NCBI GenBank assembly: GCA_950097015.1
Contig: CATNEN010000037.1
Location: 62,001 to 126,000 of the forward strand
From: Macrostomum hystrix
Lineage: Eukaryota; Animalia; Platyhelminthes
DNA: 64,000 nucleotides
Reading direction: 5' to 3'
In this document: in pieces, positions 35,487 to 48,078 of the stretch
Layout of the letters: every line of letters begins with the position of its first letter
Numbering within the stretch: position 1 is the first letter of the stretch
The notes under the pieces: generated by a model
The model's input: the letters and a program-made list of their open reading frames with translations, nothing else
What the model was told of the DNA's origin: nothing
Databases searched by the model: none
Program-made: the position numbers and the translations under genes

Positions 35487-36764
35487 TTAACTAGCCTGCT
35501 GCGAAGCCTTAAAGGCCAAGTAGTTTGCCTCCTCTAGCTCCGTCATCAGCTTGTTCAGCGCGTAGATCTGGAATCGGCAACCAACAGCATCAGACAGCAG
35601 CCAACAGCATCAGACAGCAGCCAACAGCATCAGACAGCTACCAACAGCATCAGACAGCAGTCAACAGCATCAGACAGCAGTCAACAGCATCAGACAGCAG
35701 TCAACAGCATCAGACAGCAGTCAACAGCATCAGACAGCAGTCAACAGCATCAGACATCTGCCTACAGCATCAGACAGCTACCAACAGCATCAGACAGCAA
35801 CCAACAGCATCAGACATCTGCCTACAGCATCAGACAGCTACCAACAGCATCAGACAGCAACCAACAGCATCAGACAGCAGTCAACAGCATCAGACAGCAA
35901 AAACAGCATCAGGCAGCTACCAACAGCATCAGACATCTGCCAACAGCATCAGACAGCTACCAACAGCATCAGGCAGCTACCAACAGCATCAGACAGCTGC
36001 CAACAGCATCAGACAGCTACCAACAGCATCAGACAGCTACCAACAGCATCAGACAGAAACCAACAGCATCAGACTGAAGTCAGCAGCATCAGACAGCTAT
36101 CAACAGCACTAGACAGCTGCCAGCAGCATCAGACAGCACAACAGCATCAGACTGAAGTCAGCAGCATCAGACAGCTATCAGCAGCATCAGACAGCAACCA
36201 ACAGAATCAGACAGCAGCCAACAGCATCACACAGCTCACCTGACGCCTCTGCTGACACCGCTCCTGCGTCGCCCAGACGCTATCATTGGAGTCCATTGTC
36301 CAGCTGTTAGCCGCGCTGGACCAACGGCCAGCGACAGCAGTGGCTCCGCGTTGCGCGCCGGACCTCTCAGCGAAGCGTCTTGGAGGCGAACGCGACGCGC
36401 CGTAGACGCTGTTGAATTGCTCCATCGACTGCCGCTGCCGAATCAGCAGACTGCGAGACGGCGAAGATGACAAAAGCGGTGCGGCCGCAGACAATGTCGG
36501 CTGCTGGCGCAGTTTTGAGGACCTCGGCAGTGGCATGAGTGGCTGACGGTACTGGGGTTGCTGGGGCGGCAGCCTGTTGTTACTGACTGAATTCAATTCG
36601 ACAGTTGTCTCAGCTCTGCGCAACTGTGGCACACCTGCTGTTACTGACTGCGTTTTAGCTGTTAGCGTTTTCACCTGCTTGCGCTGCTGCTGCTGCTGCT
36701 GCTGCTGATAATGAGTTTTGCTGGGCCGGTACTCCAGCAGAAGCAGACGGGTGGCGCCGGACAT
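35487..36764 (-). CDS. SVBP: SVBP (small vasohibin-binding protein/CCDC23) motif protein with long low-complexity N-terminus, 201 aa; exons 36764-36240 and 35567-35487
   Basis: The splice CAG|GTGAGC to TTCCAG|ATC (phase 0) gives QERCQQRRQ-IYALNKLMTELEEANYLAF, matching the vertebrate SVBP core [30 protein letters not shown] as recalled. An in-frame stop just upstream supports ATG 36764. Confidence 0.75.
35578..36232. repeat. 20-bp minisatellite (CCAACAGCATCAGACAGCAG) forming essentially the whole SVBP intron
   Basis: Direct reading; same family as 38238-39075. Confidence 0.97.
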
Positions 36765-36866
36765 CCGATTTTAGCAACTGTCACTGCCCAGCAACTGAAA
36801 GCTGAGAACTACAGTTTAGATTTTTTAATACTCCATATTTAGTGATAAGCACCTGAGGATCTAGAG

Positions 36867-37525
36867 CAGGGGTCGGGAAACTTATTAGCTAGTGGGCCAA
36901 AAAGAGAACCTAAGAGAAGATAGCGGGCCGCATTGACTGTAGAAATATGAGAAAAGGGAGAGATAAGACACGGGAGAGATGAGACACGGGAGAGATAAGG
37001 CAGCGGAAAGATATAACGGCGGAGAGATGAGACACGGGAGAGATGAGACACGGGAGAGATGAGACACGGGAGAGATGAGACACGGGAGAGATGAGACAGC
37101 GGAGAGATGACACAAATGAGAGATGAGACCGAGGAGAGATGAGACCGAGGAGAGATGACACACAGGAGAGATGAGACCGAGGAGAGATGACACGCGGGAG
37201 AGATGAGACATGGGAGAGATTAGAAGGCGGAGAGATGAGACACAGGAGAGACGAGACAGCGGAGAGATGACACAAATGAGAGATGAGACCGAGGAGAGAT
37301 GAGACCGAGGAGAGATGACACACAGGAGAGATGAGACCGAGGAGAGATGACACGCGGGAGAGATGAGACATGGGAGAGATTAGAAGGCGGAGAGATGAGA
37401 CACAGGAGAGACGAGACAGGGGAAAGATGAAACAGGATACTGTAGGTGTCGGAAGGGGCAACGGGCCGGATTTGGGAGCTTCGAGGGCCGCATCTGGCCC
37501 GCGGTCCGGAGTTTGCCGACCCCTG
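36867..37525. mobile_element. Non-autonomous hAT (Charlie-like) MITE, 659 bp, with internal 16-bp minisatellite (GGAGAGATGAGACACG)
   Basis: TIRs CAGGGGTCGGGAAACT / AGTTTGCCGACCCCTG; perfect 8-bp TSD ATCTAGAG at 36859-36866 and 37526-37533. Confidence 0.92.
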
Positions 37526-38237
37526 ATCTAGAGCCTTGTTGCATTTCTTGTATGAGACTGCTAGGGGGTCAGCGCACCAAGGTCCCTGAGCCCGATTCCG
37601 CGGCGAGGCCACATTTATTTGGGGCATTTATTTCTCACAAGACATCGGCATCGTCGATATATTTAACGATTTTTGTCGAGGCAACTTAAACGCCATGGAG
37701 GTTCATACAGGAGCAATGTTAGCTGTCCTTTTCACCAGTGTCTTCGACAAGAACCGCTGAATATCTTGAAGATGCTAACGTCGAACGGCATTGAAAGTTA
37801 GTTTATCGTAAAGGGCAGAAAACTTTCTTCCATATGGTGGACTTTCCCGAAAATCGGTCATTCGGTTTGGTAGTGGGTATTCGCTTTCGTGAAGTAGGCA
37901 GTGGGTATTCGAAATATCCACTTGGTCTTTCACCTACGGGGGGGAAATAGGGTGGTCTTTGTACTTTTAATCAAGCTTCAAAAAAAGACGAAAGCAATAA
38001 CGAGTTCAAATTCATCCACCTGGGACTTGATTTGTGCACATCTATTTATGGCGCAGACAATAAATTAAACAAACAAATCAAAACGACAAAACACAAAAAT
38101 CTAACATGAAAACAACTGCGAATGACTTAAACTGAGCTGAAAGTATGAGCACAATATTGAAACAATTTGTAATACCGACTGACTGGAGCAACACCTGCCT
38201 ACAAAGAAGACTAAGCTAAATTATAGCTAAACTATAC

Positions 38238-39075
38238 AGCAACCAACAGCATCAGACCGCTGCCAACAGCATCAGACAGCAACCAACACCATCAGACAGC
38301 TACCAACAGCATCAGAACGCTGCCAACAGCATCAGACAGCAACCAACAGCATCAGACAGCAACCAACAGCATAAGACAGCTACCAATAGCCTCAGACTGC
38401 TGCCGACAGCATCAGACAGCAACCAACAGCATCAGACCGCTGCCAACAGCATCAGACAGCAACCAACAGCATCAGACAGCAACCAACAGCATCAGACAGC
38501 AACCAACAGCATCAGACAGCAACCAACAGCATCAGACAGCAACCAACAGCATCAGACAGCAACCAACAGCATCAGACAGCAACCAACAGCATCAGACAAC
38601 AACCAACAGCATCAGAACGCTGCCAACAGCATCAGACAGCAACCAACAGCATCAGACAGCAACCAACAGCATCAGACAGCAACCAACAGCATCAGACAGC
38701 AACCAACAGCATCAGAACGCTGCCAACAGCATCAGACAGCAACCAACAGCATCAGACAGCAACCAACAGCATCAGACAGCAACCAACAGCATCAGAACGC
38801 TGCCAACAGCATCAGACAGCAACCAACAGCATCAGACAGCAACCAACAGCATCAGACAGCAAAAACAGCATCAGACAGCTACCAACAGCATCAGACAGCA
38901 ACCAACAGCATCAGACAGCAAAAACAGCATCAGGCAGCTACCAACAGCATCAGACATCTGCCAACAGCATCAGACAGCAACCAACAGCATCAGACAGCTA
39001 CCAACAGCATCAGACAGCAGTCAACAGCATCAGACAGCAACCAACAGCATCAGGCAGCTACCAAAAGCTTCAGAC
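38238..39075. repeat. 20-bp minisatellite (AACCAACAGCATCAGACAGC), about 41 copies
   Basis: Direct reading. Confidence 0.97.
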
Positions 39076-39729
39076 AGAAACCAAGGGCATTGGGCTCGTA
39101 TGAACACCCATTTTTCATTTGCTGTAATCATGAGGTAAACAGTTATATTGCCGAATCAACTTATATTATTGAGCGCTAATATCTTTCGAATCGAATTGCT
39201 AAACTGCTTAACTTTTAAGCTTGATTTGGTCAAGAAGTCAGGAAACAGATATTGATTGCACGACATTTCTTGCTTGTTAATAAAAAATAAGCAAGTTATA
39301 ATAATTACACTACTGACCAGGCCGTAATAACTGAGTAGTGCATGAGACAAACTACATTTAATAAACAGGTTAACAAAAGGTATGTGACTACTTAACCTAC
39401 TAAAATGAGTATAAAGCACCAAAAAATTACTTTGACTCGATTTGATTTTTAAACGCCTGATGAAGCTGCACTGACTCTATTGAAGAACAAAAGCTGAAAA
39501 TCACATTTTCTCTTTCTCTAAAAATTGAGTAACTGTCATTAGGAAAAGCTAAAGCTTTTTCTATCGAAAAGCGAAAAACGAAAAAGTTCAATTGCGAAAA
39601 ATCACCCTTTGAGAGAAAGAGAAGTAAATATACTTTTATATCGCAAAAAAGTTACGCAACAGACAACCTAGTTACAATGGAATGTAGCCAGTGTTTTAGC
39701 TTGGCTTGCCAGTTAGTACTCGCTGTGTT

Positions 39730-42700
39730 TCAGAGTATCTCTTCACTGTTCCAGCCGTTGCGACCCGCTCCGAGACTTGAACCAACGACTGCAAATACAA
39801 AATTATTTTGAATTAAAAGTGCTGAGCTATTTAGATACTAACTGGGTCATTAAGGTACAAACTGGGTCATTGAGGTACAAACTGGGTCATTGAGGTACAA
39901 ACTGGGTCATTGAGGTACAAACTGGGTCATTGAGGTACTAACTGGGTCATTGAGGTACTAAATCGGTCATTGAGGTACTAAATCGGTCATTGAGGTACTA
40001 AATCGGCCATTGAGGTACTAACTTGGTCATTGAGGTACTAAATCGGTCATTAAGGTACTAAATCGGTCATTGAGGTACAAAATCGGTCATTGAGGTACTA
40101 AATTGGTCATTGAGGTACTAAATCGGTCATTTAGGTACTAAATTGGTCATTGCATGTACTAAATCGGTCATTGTAGGTACTAGCTGGGTCATTGTATATA
40201 TAAGCTGGGTCAGAGCTCACCGCCCGTGGTCTCCTTTGACGTCAGCGGCTGCTGTTTCGGCACTCGAAGGCCGCGGCCGCTGAGAAGACGCCGCAAGCTG
40301 CTACTGAGACCACCGCCAATGTGACCACCTGGCAACTGCTGCTGCTGCTGCTGCTGTTTGCCTGACAAAGCTGATGGTACAGCGGAATCACCACGCTCTG
40401 TGCTGACTGGTCGTTTGCTGCTGCTGCTACCGCCAGCACCGAATGCCTTCCGCAGTCGGCTGGCAAAACTGTGCGACCTGCCGGCTGCGGGCTTGACTGT
40501 CAGCGGGGATAAATTCGATGGGAGATTTTCGAGAAGGTGAGAAAATCGATGGGAGATTTTCGAGAAGGGAAGAAATTCGATGGGAGATTTTCGAGAAGGG
40601 AAGAAATTCGATGGGAGATTTTCGAGAAGGGGAGAAAATCGATGGGAGATTTTCGAGAAGGGAAGAAATTCGATGGGAGATTTTCGAGAAGGGGAGAAAA
40701 TCGATGGGAGATTTTCGAGAAGGGAAGAAATTCGATGGGAGATTTTCGAAAAGGGGAGAAATTCGATGGGAGATTTTCGAGAAGGGAAGAAATTCGATGG
40801 GAGATTTTCGAGAAGGGGAAAAATCGATGGGAGATTTTCGAGAAGGGGAGAAAATCGATGGGAGATTTTCGAGAAGGGAAGAAATTCGATGGGAGATTTT
40901 CGAGAAGGGGAGAAAATCGATGGGAGATTTTCGAGAAGGGGAGAAAATCGGGAAGAAATTCGATGGGAGATTTTCGAGAAGGGGAGAAAATCGATGGGAG
41001 ATTTTCGAGAAGGGGAGAAAATCGATGGGAGATTTTCGAGAAGGGGAGAAATAAGACTCTACATTTTTTAGAACGATCCCAGCTGTTGCTGACCTTTTGG
41101 CTTGGCACTGTTGCTTGGCTCCTGTGCATTGGACACCTAGTAATGGTTCAGATTTTGGATTTGAATGTTTTTATAGACGATTATCGACTTGCTTTAAGAC
41201 AATGAGCATTTGTGCTTTGACATGCTTATCAATGCAGAATAATATCTATCAATCTAGCACCACAACAGCAGCAGAGAGTGCAAGATGTTTAATCAATGCT
41301 TCTGTTTTCTAAGCACCAATAATTAATGGGATACATAGAAATATTATAGACAGAAAAAGTTAAGTCTTTTCAATCTAACTTCCTCGAAATATTCAGTTAT
41401 CACAATTTTCACAAAGAGTAACGTAAAATCGAATTTTTCCATTTTCCAACTTTAGGAAACATTTTGGAAAAAAAAACTAAAAAAGGTTAGCCTAGGAATC
41501 CTATTCTCACAAAAATCCCTATATTCACAAAAATCCCAATATTCACAAAAATCCCCATCATTTACAGAAATCCCAATATTCACAGAAATCCCATTATTCA
41601 CAGAAATCATCATAATTCAAAGAAATACACATTATACACAGAAATCCCCATTATTCACAGAAATCCCCAATATTCACAGAAATACCCAATATTCACAGAA
41701 ATCCCCATTATTCACAGAAATCCCATTATTCACAGAAATCCTAATATTCACAGAAATACCCAATATTCACAGAAATACCCAATATTCACAGAAATCCCCA
41801 ATATTCACAGAAATCCCCAATATTCACAGAAATACCCAATATTCACAGAAATCCCAATATTCACAGAAATCCCCATTATTCACAGAAATCCCATTATTCA
41901 CAGAAATCCCATTATTCACAGAAATCTCTGTATTCACAGTAATCACAGTATTCACAGAAATCTCTGTATTCACAGTAATCACAGTATTCACAGAAATCAT
42001 AATATTTACTGTAATCCCAATGCTCAAAGAATGCCAAGTGTCAGTGACCCAGCCGAAAGCTTCTATGTACAGCTTCTATGTACAGCTTCTGTGTACAGCA
42101 GTTCAGTTCATCGAACGCCACCACACTAACCCAAATTTTTAACCCATAAATCCACCCCAGGTACCTCACTTTAGCACGCCGGCAGCAATGTTTTTGGTGC
42201 AATAGCTTAATAAGACAAGAATTGTGCATATTCATTAACAGAGTATTTTTATTAATTAAAGTCGATTCACAAAGAACGACAGGCAAAGGACTGGTAGAGA
42301 CCTGGAACTGACAGCACTATTTAGCTTTGGACTCATGCTCAGATTCGATAAATCTTTAATACGTAAATATCACTTTTAAATAATATATAATTTAATTCAA
42401 ATAATATACGTTCCAGGAAACTACTGAAACCTTTTAATATTCGCTTTGAAATTTTATAGATCACGGTATGCAATAACAGAGATAAAAGAATACTTTAAGG
42501 AAAGTTTGACCGGCACGCCAGGTGGATGAGCAGGGGGGCAGGCGGGTGTGCTTCTCACCAAAGCATCAGCTGATCGATGCTGAACTTTAGCAGGGACGCT
42601 TGTCTGAGTCACTGGATACGATTCAACAAGTTATTAGAGATAAGATTGCCGTTAAAAATGGACCGCATCATTGTGTTCCTGTTAATAAACTGGACCGCAT

Positions 42701-45700
42701 CATTGTGTTCCTGTTAATAAACTGGACCGCATCATTGTGTTCCTGTTAATAAACTGGACCGCATCATTGTGTTCCTGTTAATAAACTGGACCGCATCATT
42801 GTGTTCCTGATTACAAACTGGACCGCATCATTGTGTTACTGATAATAAACTGGACCGCATCATTGAGCTCCCGATAATAAACTGGACCGCATCATTGTGT
42901 GCCTTATAATCAACTGGACCGCATCATTGTGTGCCTTATAATCAACTGGACCGCATCATTGAGCTCCCGATAATAAACTGGACCGCATCATTGTGTTCCT
43001 GATTATAAACTGGACCGCATCATTGTGTTCCTTATAATCAACTGGACCGCATCATTGTGTTCCTCAGTACAAACTGGACCGCATCATTGTGTTCCTCATT
43101 ATAAACTGGACCGCATCATTGTGTTCCTTATAATCAACTGGACCGCATCATTGTGTTCCTGATTATAAACTTGACCGCATCATTGTGTTCCTCATTACAA
43201 ACTGGACCGCATCATTGTGTTCCTGATTATACACTGGACCGCATCATTGTGTTCCTCATTACAAACTGGACCGCATCATTGTGTTCCTGATTATAAACTG
43301 GACCGCATCATTGTTTTTTATAAAATTATAGCTGAACTGTTTAGGAAATCGAATTTATATACAGGCTATGAGAGATATCAGGCATTGCCATAACGGTAGG
43401 CAGCAAAATTTATTAGTCAAGCGTAGAAGCTGATTGTTTGGCATGCGATAAGAAATCTCGCTAGCTATAAATTTTATAGCTCTAAAGCCAGCATATCGAT
43501 TTTTAATGCTCTGTAATGTTGATTTTAATAGTAATTTGTCGCACCATTATCGGAGGTACTAAATCAATGGTTGCCATGGAAACAGCGGGCAACATTTCGA
43601 TTGAAGAAGATTGACTGCTCTTCTGGCTAATAACAGAGTCGGATGGTGATTCCACTGCAATAATATCTGAAGGTGAAAGTTGGAAGTTTTCAAACCTGAA
43701 AACTTTGATGAATCATACATTTCGTAGTATCACTGCAATTACAAAAAATTACCGATAGTTTAAGCTGAACCGAATGCTTAAGTAGCGCATGCAATAACGC
43801 AGTCAATTGTTAGTTAGTTTTATTAGGCTTTAAACAAAACCTCTTTTCTGGCAAATACTAAGTTGAAGAGGCCGAGAACAACAAACAAAAATGTGTAGAA
43901 GAAACGTGCTTTACTATTTTCTGGCAGTTGTTCCATTTTTTAGACTATTTCTGCCACTATTTTGTCCTTACTAGAGCAGACAAATGCTCTCTTCGCTGTT
44001 TGACCAGCAAGTCAGGCCAATCGTCTGGCACAATCAGAGTCTCGACGGTCAGGTACAAGGCGCTTCCGACACCGCTGGGTTGGTCGCTGCTATTTCAGCT
44101 TGTTCATTGTAAATAGAAAAAAACATTCACGAAACTATTTAGAAATCGATAGATTTGTCATCATGCTACTGATCATTGAATGGCAAAAGTAGTATCTATT
44201 CAGTAATATATGTAGCTTGTTGTACGAGTATGTCGATACATATTCTTTTTGAAAAATGATACAAGAAAAAAATAAATAGCAATTGTGAACAATTCACTCT
44301 ACTATAAGTAGAACAGTGAGAAAATGTGATAAAAACGCATATAATTTGTATAACTCACCGCCAGTATCATCGCTATTCGTCTGATTTCGATCGACTTCTC
44401 GGTTGCTATGACTACGGGCTGGAGCCGAACCGCGCGGAGGAAAGTTTTTAAGCTGCTGCTGCTGCTGCTGCTGATGCTTATTCGCCGTCAGATCACCCAG
44501 AGCTCGAGACAAGGATGTGTCTGCATTATTTAAAAATAAGAATGTTGAGTTGAATTGAGAGTTGATAAATTTTTTTTCGACCATAATTAAATTATATAAT
44601 TATCATTGCATTTAGCCCATTTAAATAATTAGTGCTCGATTTTTATCTCTTAGGCATGCAAATAAATTTATCGCATTGTTTAAAAAAAGATCTCATGTTT
44701 TGATTGATGGGTAACATGCAAATAGGACAACGAGTTTACGAACACGTTAGTCAAACTTTTCATAACTTTTATAAAGACTAGGAAGCTCTTTGAAAAACAT
44801 TGAAAAATTAACTGGACCGCATCATTGTGTTCCTGATTATAAACTGGACCGCATCATTGTGTTCCTGATTATAAACTGGACCGCATCATTGTGTTCCTGA
44901 TTATAAACTGGACCGCATCATTGTGTTTCTGATAATCAACTAGACCGCATCATTGTGTTCCTGATTATAAACTGGACCGCATCATTGTGTTCCTGATTAT
45001 AAACTGGACCGCATCATTGTGTTCCTGATAATCAACTAGACCGCATCATTGTGTTTCTGATAATCAACTAGACCGCATCATTGTGTTCCTGATTATAAAC
45101 TGGACCGCATCATTGTGTTCCTGATTATAAACTGGACCGCATCATTGTGTTCCTGATTATAAACTGGACCGCATCATTGTGTTCCTAATATAATAAGCGA
45201 AACACTGAAGTCAGTATACATTTTTAGCATCAGTTATAAAATGGTAATAAATATGGAACGCTAATTTGCCCATCTAAAACCATTAATCAAACAAGAGAAC
45301 AAAACAGAAAAAGCAACCTATACTTCAGGAACCTGTAGTAACTCTAATACGATTATCACCGTTAGTACAGATATTAGCACCAGGGTACCATGAATAAAGC
45401 GAATCGATAAAATTGCATAGTCTAAGTTTAAAAAAAGCTTTTAAGCCCGTTAATCCGTTAGAATTCATTGCAGAATTAGCATTGCAACATGCGTATGATA
45501 TGAAATCCCCACAATTATTCCTAATCTGCCTTCTTTAAACTGTTTATTTGTGCAAATGAGAAAAATAACGCCTTTCAAAGGCCTTTCAAAGAATCATCCC
45601 TGAGAACCGTGATTCAACACTGAAGCCCCCTTTTTACGCCTCCCTTATCAAACATGGTTAAATAACCCACAGGAGCGACGTATTATGCTGCCCATCGATC

Positions 45701-48033
45701 TGTCGGAGGAGGATGGGGTGGGGCTCGGGGCCGCATGCTCGGCTCCGATTGGCTGCCGGCGATGGCTACAATAAATATCGTCCGAGAAGCGCACGGACTT
45801 TGTTGACTGACCGCCAACGCTTAGAACTCCTGCGAGCGAGCGAGCGGGCGAGCGTTCAGAGTCTGGGAACTTGGACCAATCAGATACTAGGCCGATAATT
45901 TGCTTGACCAATCAGACACTAGGCTGCTTATCTACGAGTTACTGACCAATTACACACTAGGCTGCTTATCTGATTGACCAATCAAGCACCAGGCTGCTTA
46001 TCTAATTAACCAATCAAGTACTAGGCTGCTTATCTGATTGACCAATCAGACTCTTGGCTACAGCTATGCTTGACCAATCAGACTCTTGGCTACAACTATG
46101 CTTGACCAATCAGACTCTTGGCTACAACTATGCTTGACCAATCAGACTCTTGGCTACAACTATGCTTGACCAATCAGACTCTTGGCTACAACTATGCTTG
46201 ACCAATCAGACTCTTGGCTACAACTATGCTTGACCAATCAGACTCTTGGCTACAACTATGTTTGACCAATCAAACTCTTAACTCCAATGATCTATTAAAA
46301 CACCAGTTTAGAGTTTTCATGAAGCAAAACAGTGCCAATCATGCATAATTGCTAAATAAACTTTACAGTCTGATCATAGAGTTTAACATGCCCGCCTGCC
46401 AGTAGATCATATTCCTTTACACCAACCTCCGTTAATCCTATCGGATCTCGCCAGTTCCAAATCTGTGGCTGAAGGCCATTCAACGCTAGCCGGCGACACA
46501 AACAGAAACTCGGCCGTCAAAGTGGCTGTCGGCAAGCCGGCAGTCGTCGGATTGTTCGACGGGTCGTTGATAGCAACGCGAGACGGTCGCCTCAGCGGCT
46601 GCATGATGCGGGCACCCAGAGGGGGTAGGTCGCATAGGCGAACACTGGCTGAGCCCAGAAGGCTGTCAGACCTACCCGACCGGTCGAACACGTGCAGCGA
46701 CAGGCGAGCGGAGTGTCTGTTCAGATCGCTGGCGATCGCGTGGGTGGGGATTTCAATAGGTAGGGAATTCTAGGAATATTCTAGTCAGTGTGGATTTTTA
46801 GGGATTCTACTACTTCGGATTATAATCAGTGCGGATTCTACTGAGTGGGGATTCTATTTGATGGGGATTTTAATGAGTGGGGATTACAATGAGTAGGGAT
46901 TATTTTTAGTGGAGATTATTTTTAGCTCGTAGTGGGGAATATTTTTACTGAGGATTATTTTTAGTGGGGATTTCTCAAGCGGGGATTCTACTAAGTTAGG
47001 ATTCTGCTGAGAGGGATTATACTGAGTGGGGATTCTACTGAGTGGGGATTATACTGAGTGGGGATTCTACTGAGTGGGGATTCTACTGAGTGGGGATTCT
47101 ACTGAGTGGGGATTCTACTGAGTGGGGATTATACTGACCTAGGATTTTACTGAGTGGGGATTATACTGAGAGGGGATTCTACTGGGTGGGGATTCTACTG
47201 ACCTGGGATTCTACAGGTTGGGGATTCTACAGAGTGGGGATTCTACAGAGTGGGGATTCTACTGACCTGGGATTCTACTGGTTGGGGATTCTACTGGTTG
47301 GGGATTCTACAGAGTGGGGATTATACTGAGTGGGGATTCTACTGACCTGGGATTCTACTGGTTGGGGATTCTACTGAGTGGGGATTCTACTGAGTGGGGA
47401 TTCTACTGACCTGGGATTCTACTGGTTGGGGATTCTACTGGTTGGGGATTCTACAGAGTGGGGATTCTACTGAGTGGGGATTCTACTGACCTGGGATTCT
47501 ACTGGTTGGGGATTCTACTGAGTGGGGATTATACTGAGAGGGGATTCTAGGACTTGCAGAATAGGGATTCTACTGAGTGGGGATTCTACTGACTGGGGAT
47601 TATACTGAGTGGGGATTTTACTGAGTTGGGATTTTGCTGAGAGGGGATTCAAGGTTATGGATTATGGAATGGGGATTTAACTGTGTTAGACGCATAATCC
47701 AGTCTACTAGCAGTGCAGATTTTCTCGCAGCCTGTAACTCACAACATGTAGTGCTGATCCCAATAGGGATTAGCCGAGCCGAAAACGCTGCCAGTCACGT
47801 GACGCTGGTAGGGCTCATCCAGTTCCAGACAGGCGTAGGCGTTCAACTGGCGTTGCGGCGCAAAGTTGGTCGCCTCGCCGACAGCAACTGGCTGTGTCGG
47901 GGTTTCGGCTGAAGGCAAGAGCAAGCTGGATGCTTTGATTACCTTCACCAGCAGGCGAGCATTGCCTAATGATGTAGATTTTTGTTGATTGGCAACCGTT
48001 GCCAGGGGAAGAGGAGTCATTTTCATTGTTGCT

Positions 48034-48078
<45 letters not shown>

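Noticed and set aside
43960-44090. Exon-like stretch in the C2CD2L-like intron (SDQPSGVGSALYLTVETLIVPDDW..)
   Set aside because: Phase 2-0 does not fit neighbouring exons (phase 1 donor upstream); no recognisable homology.
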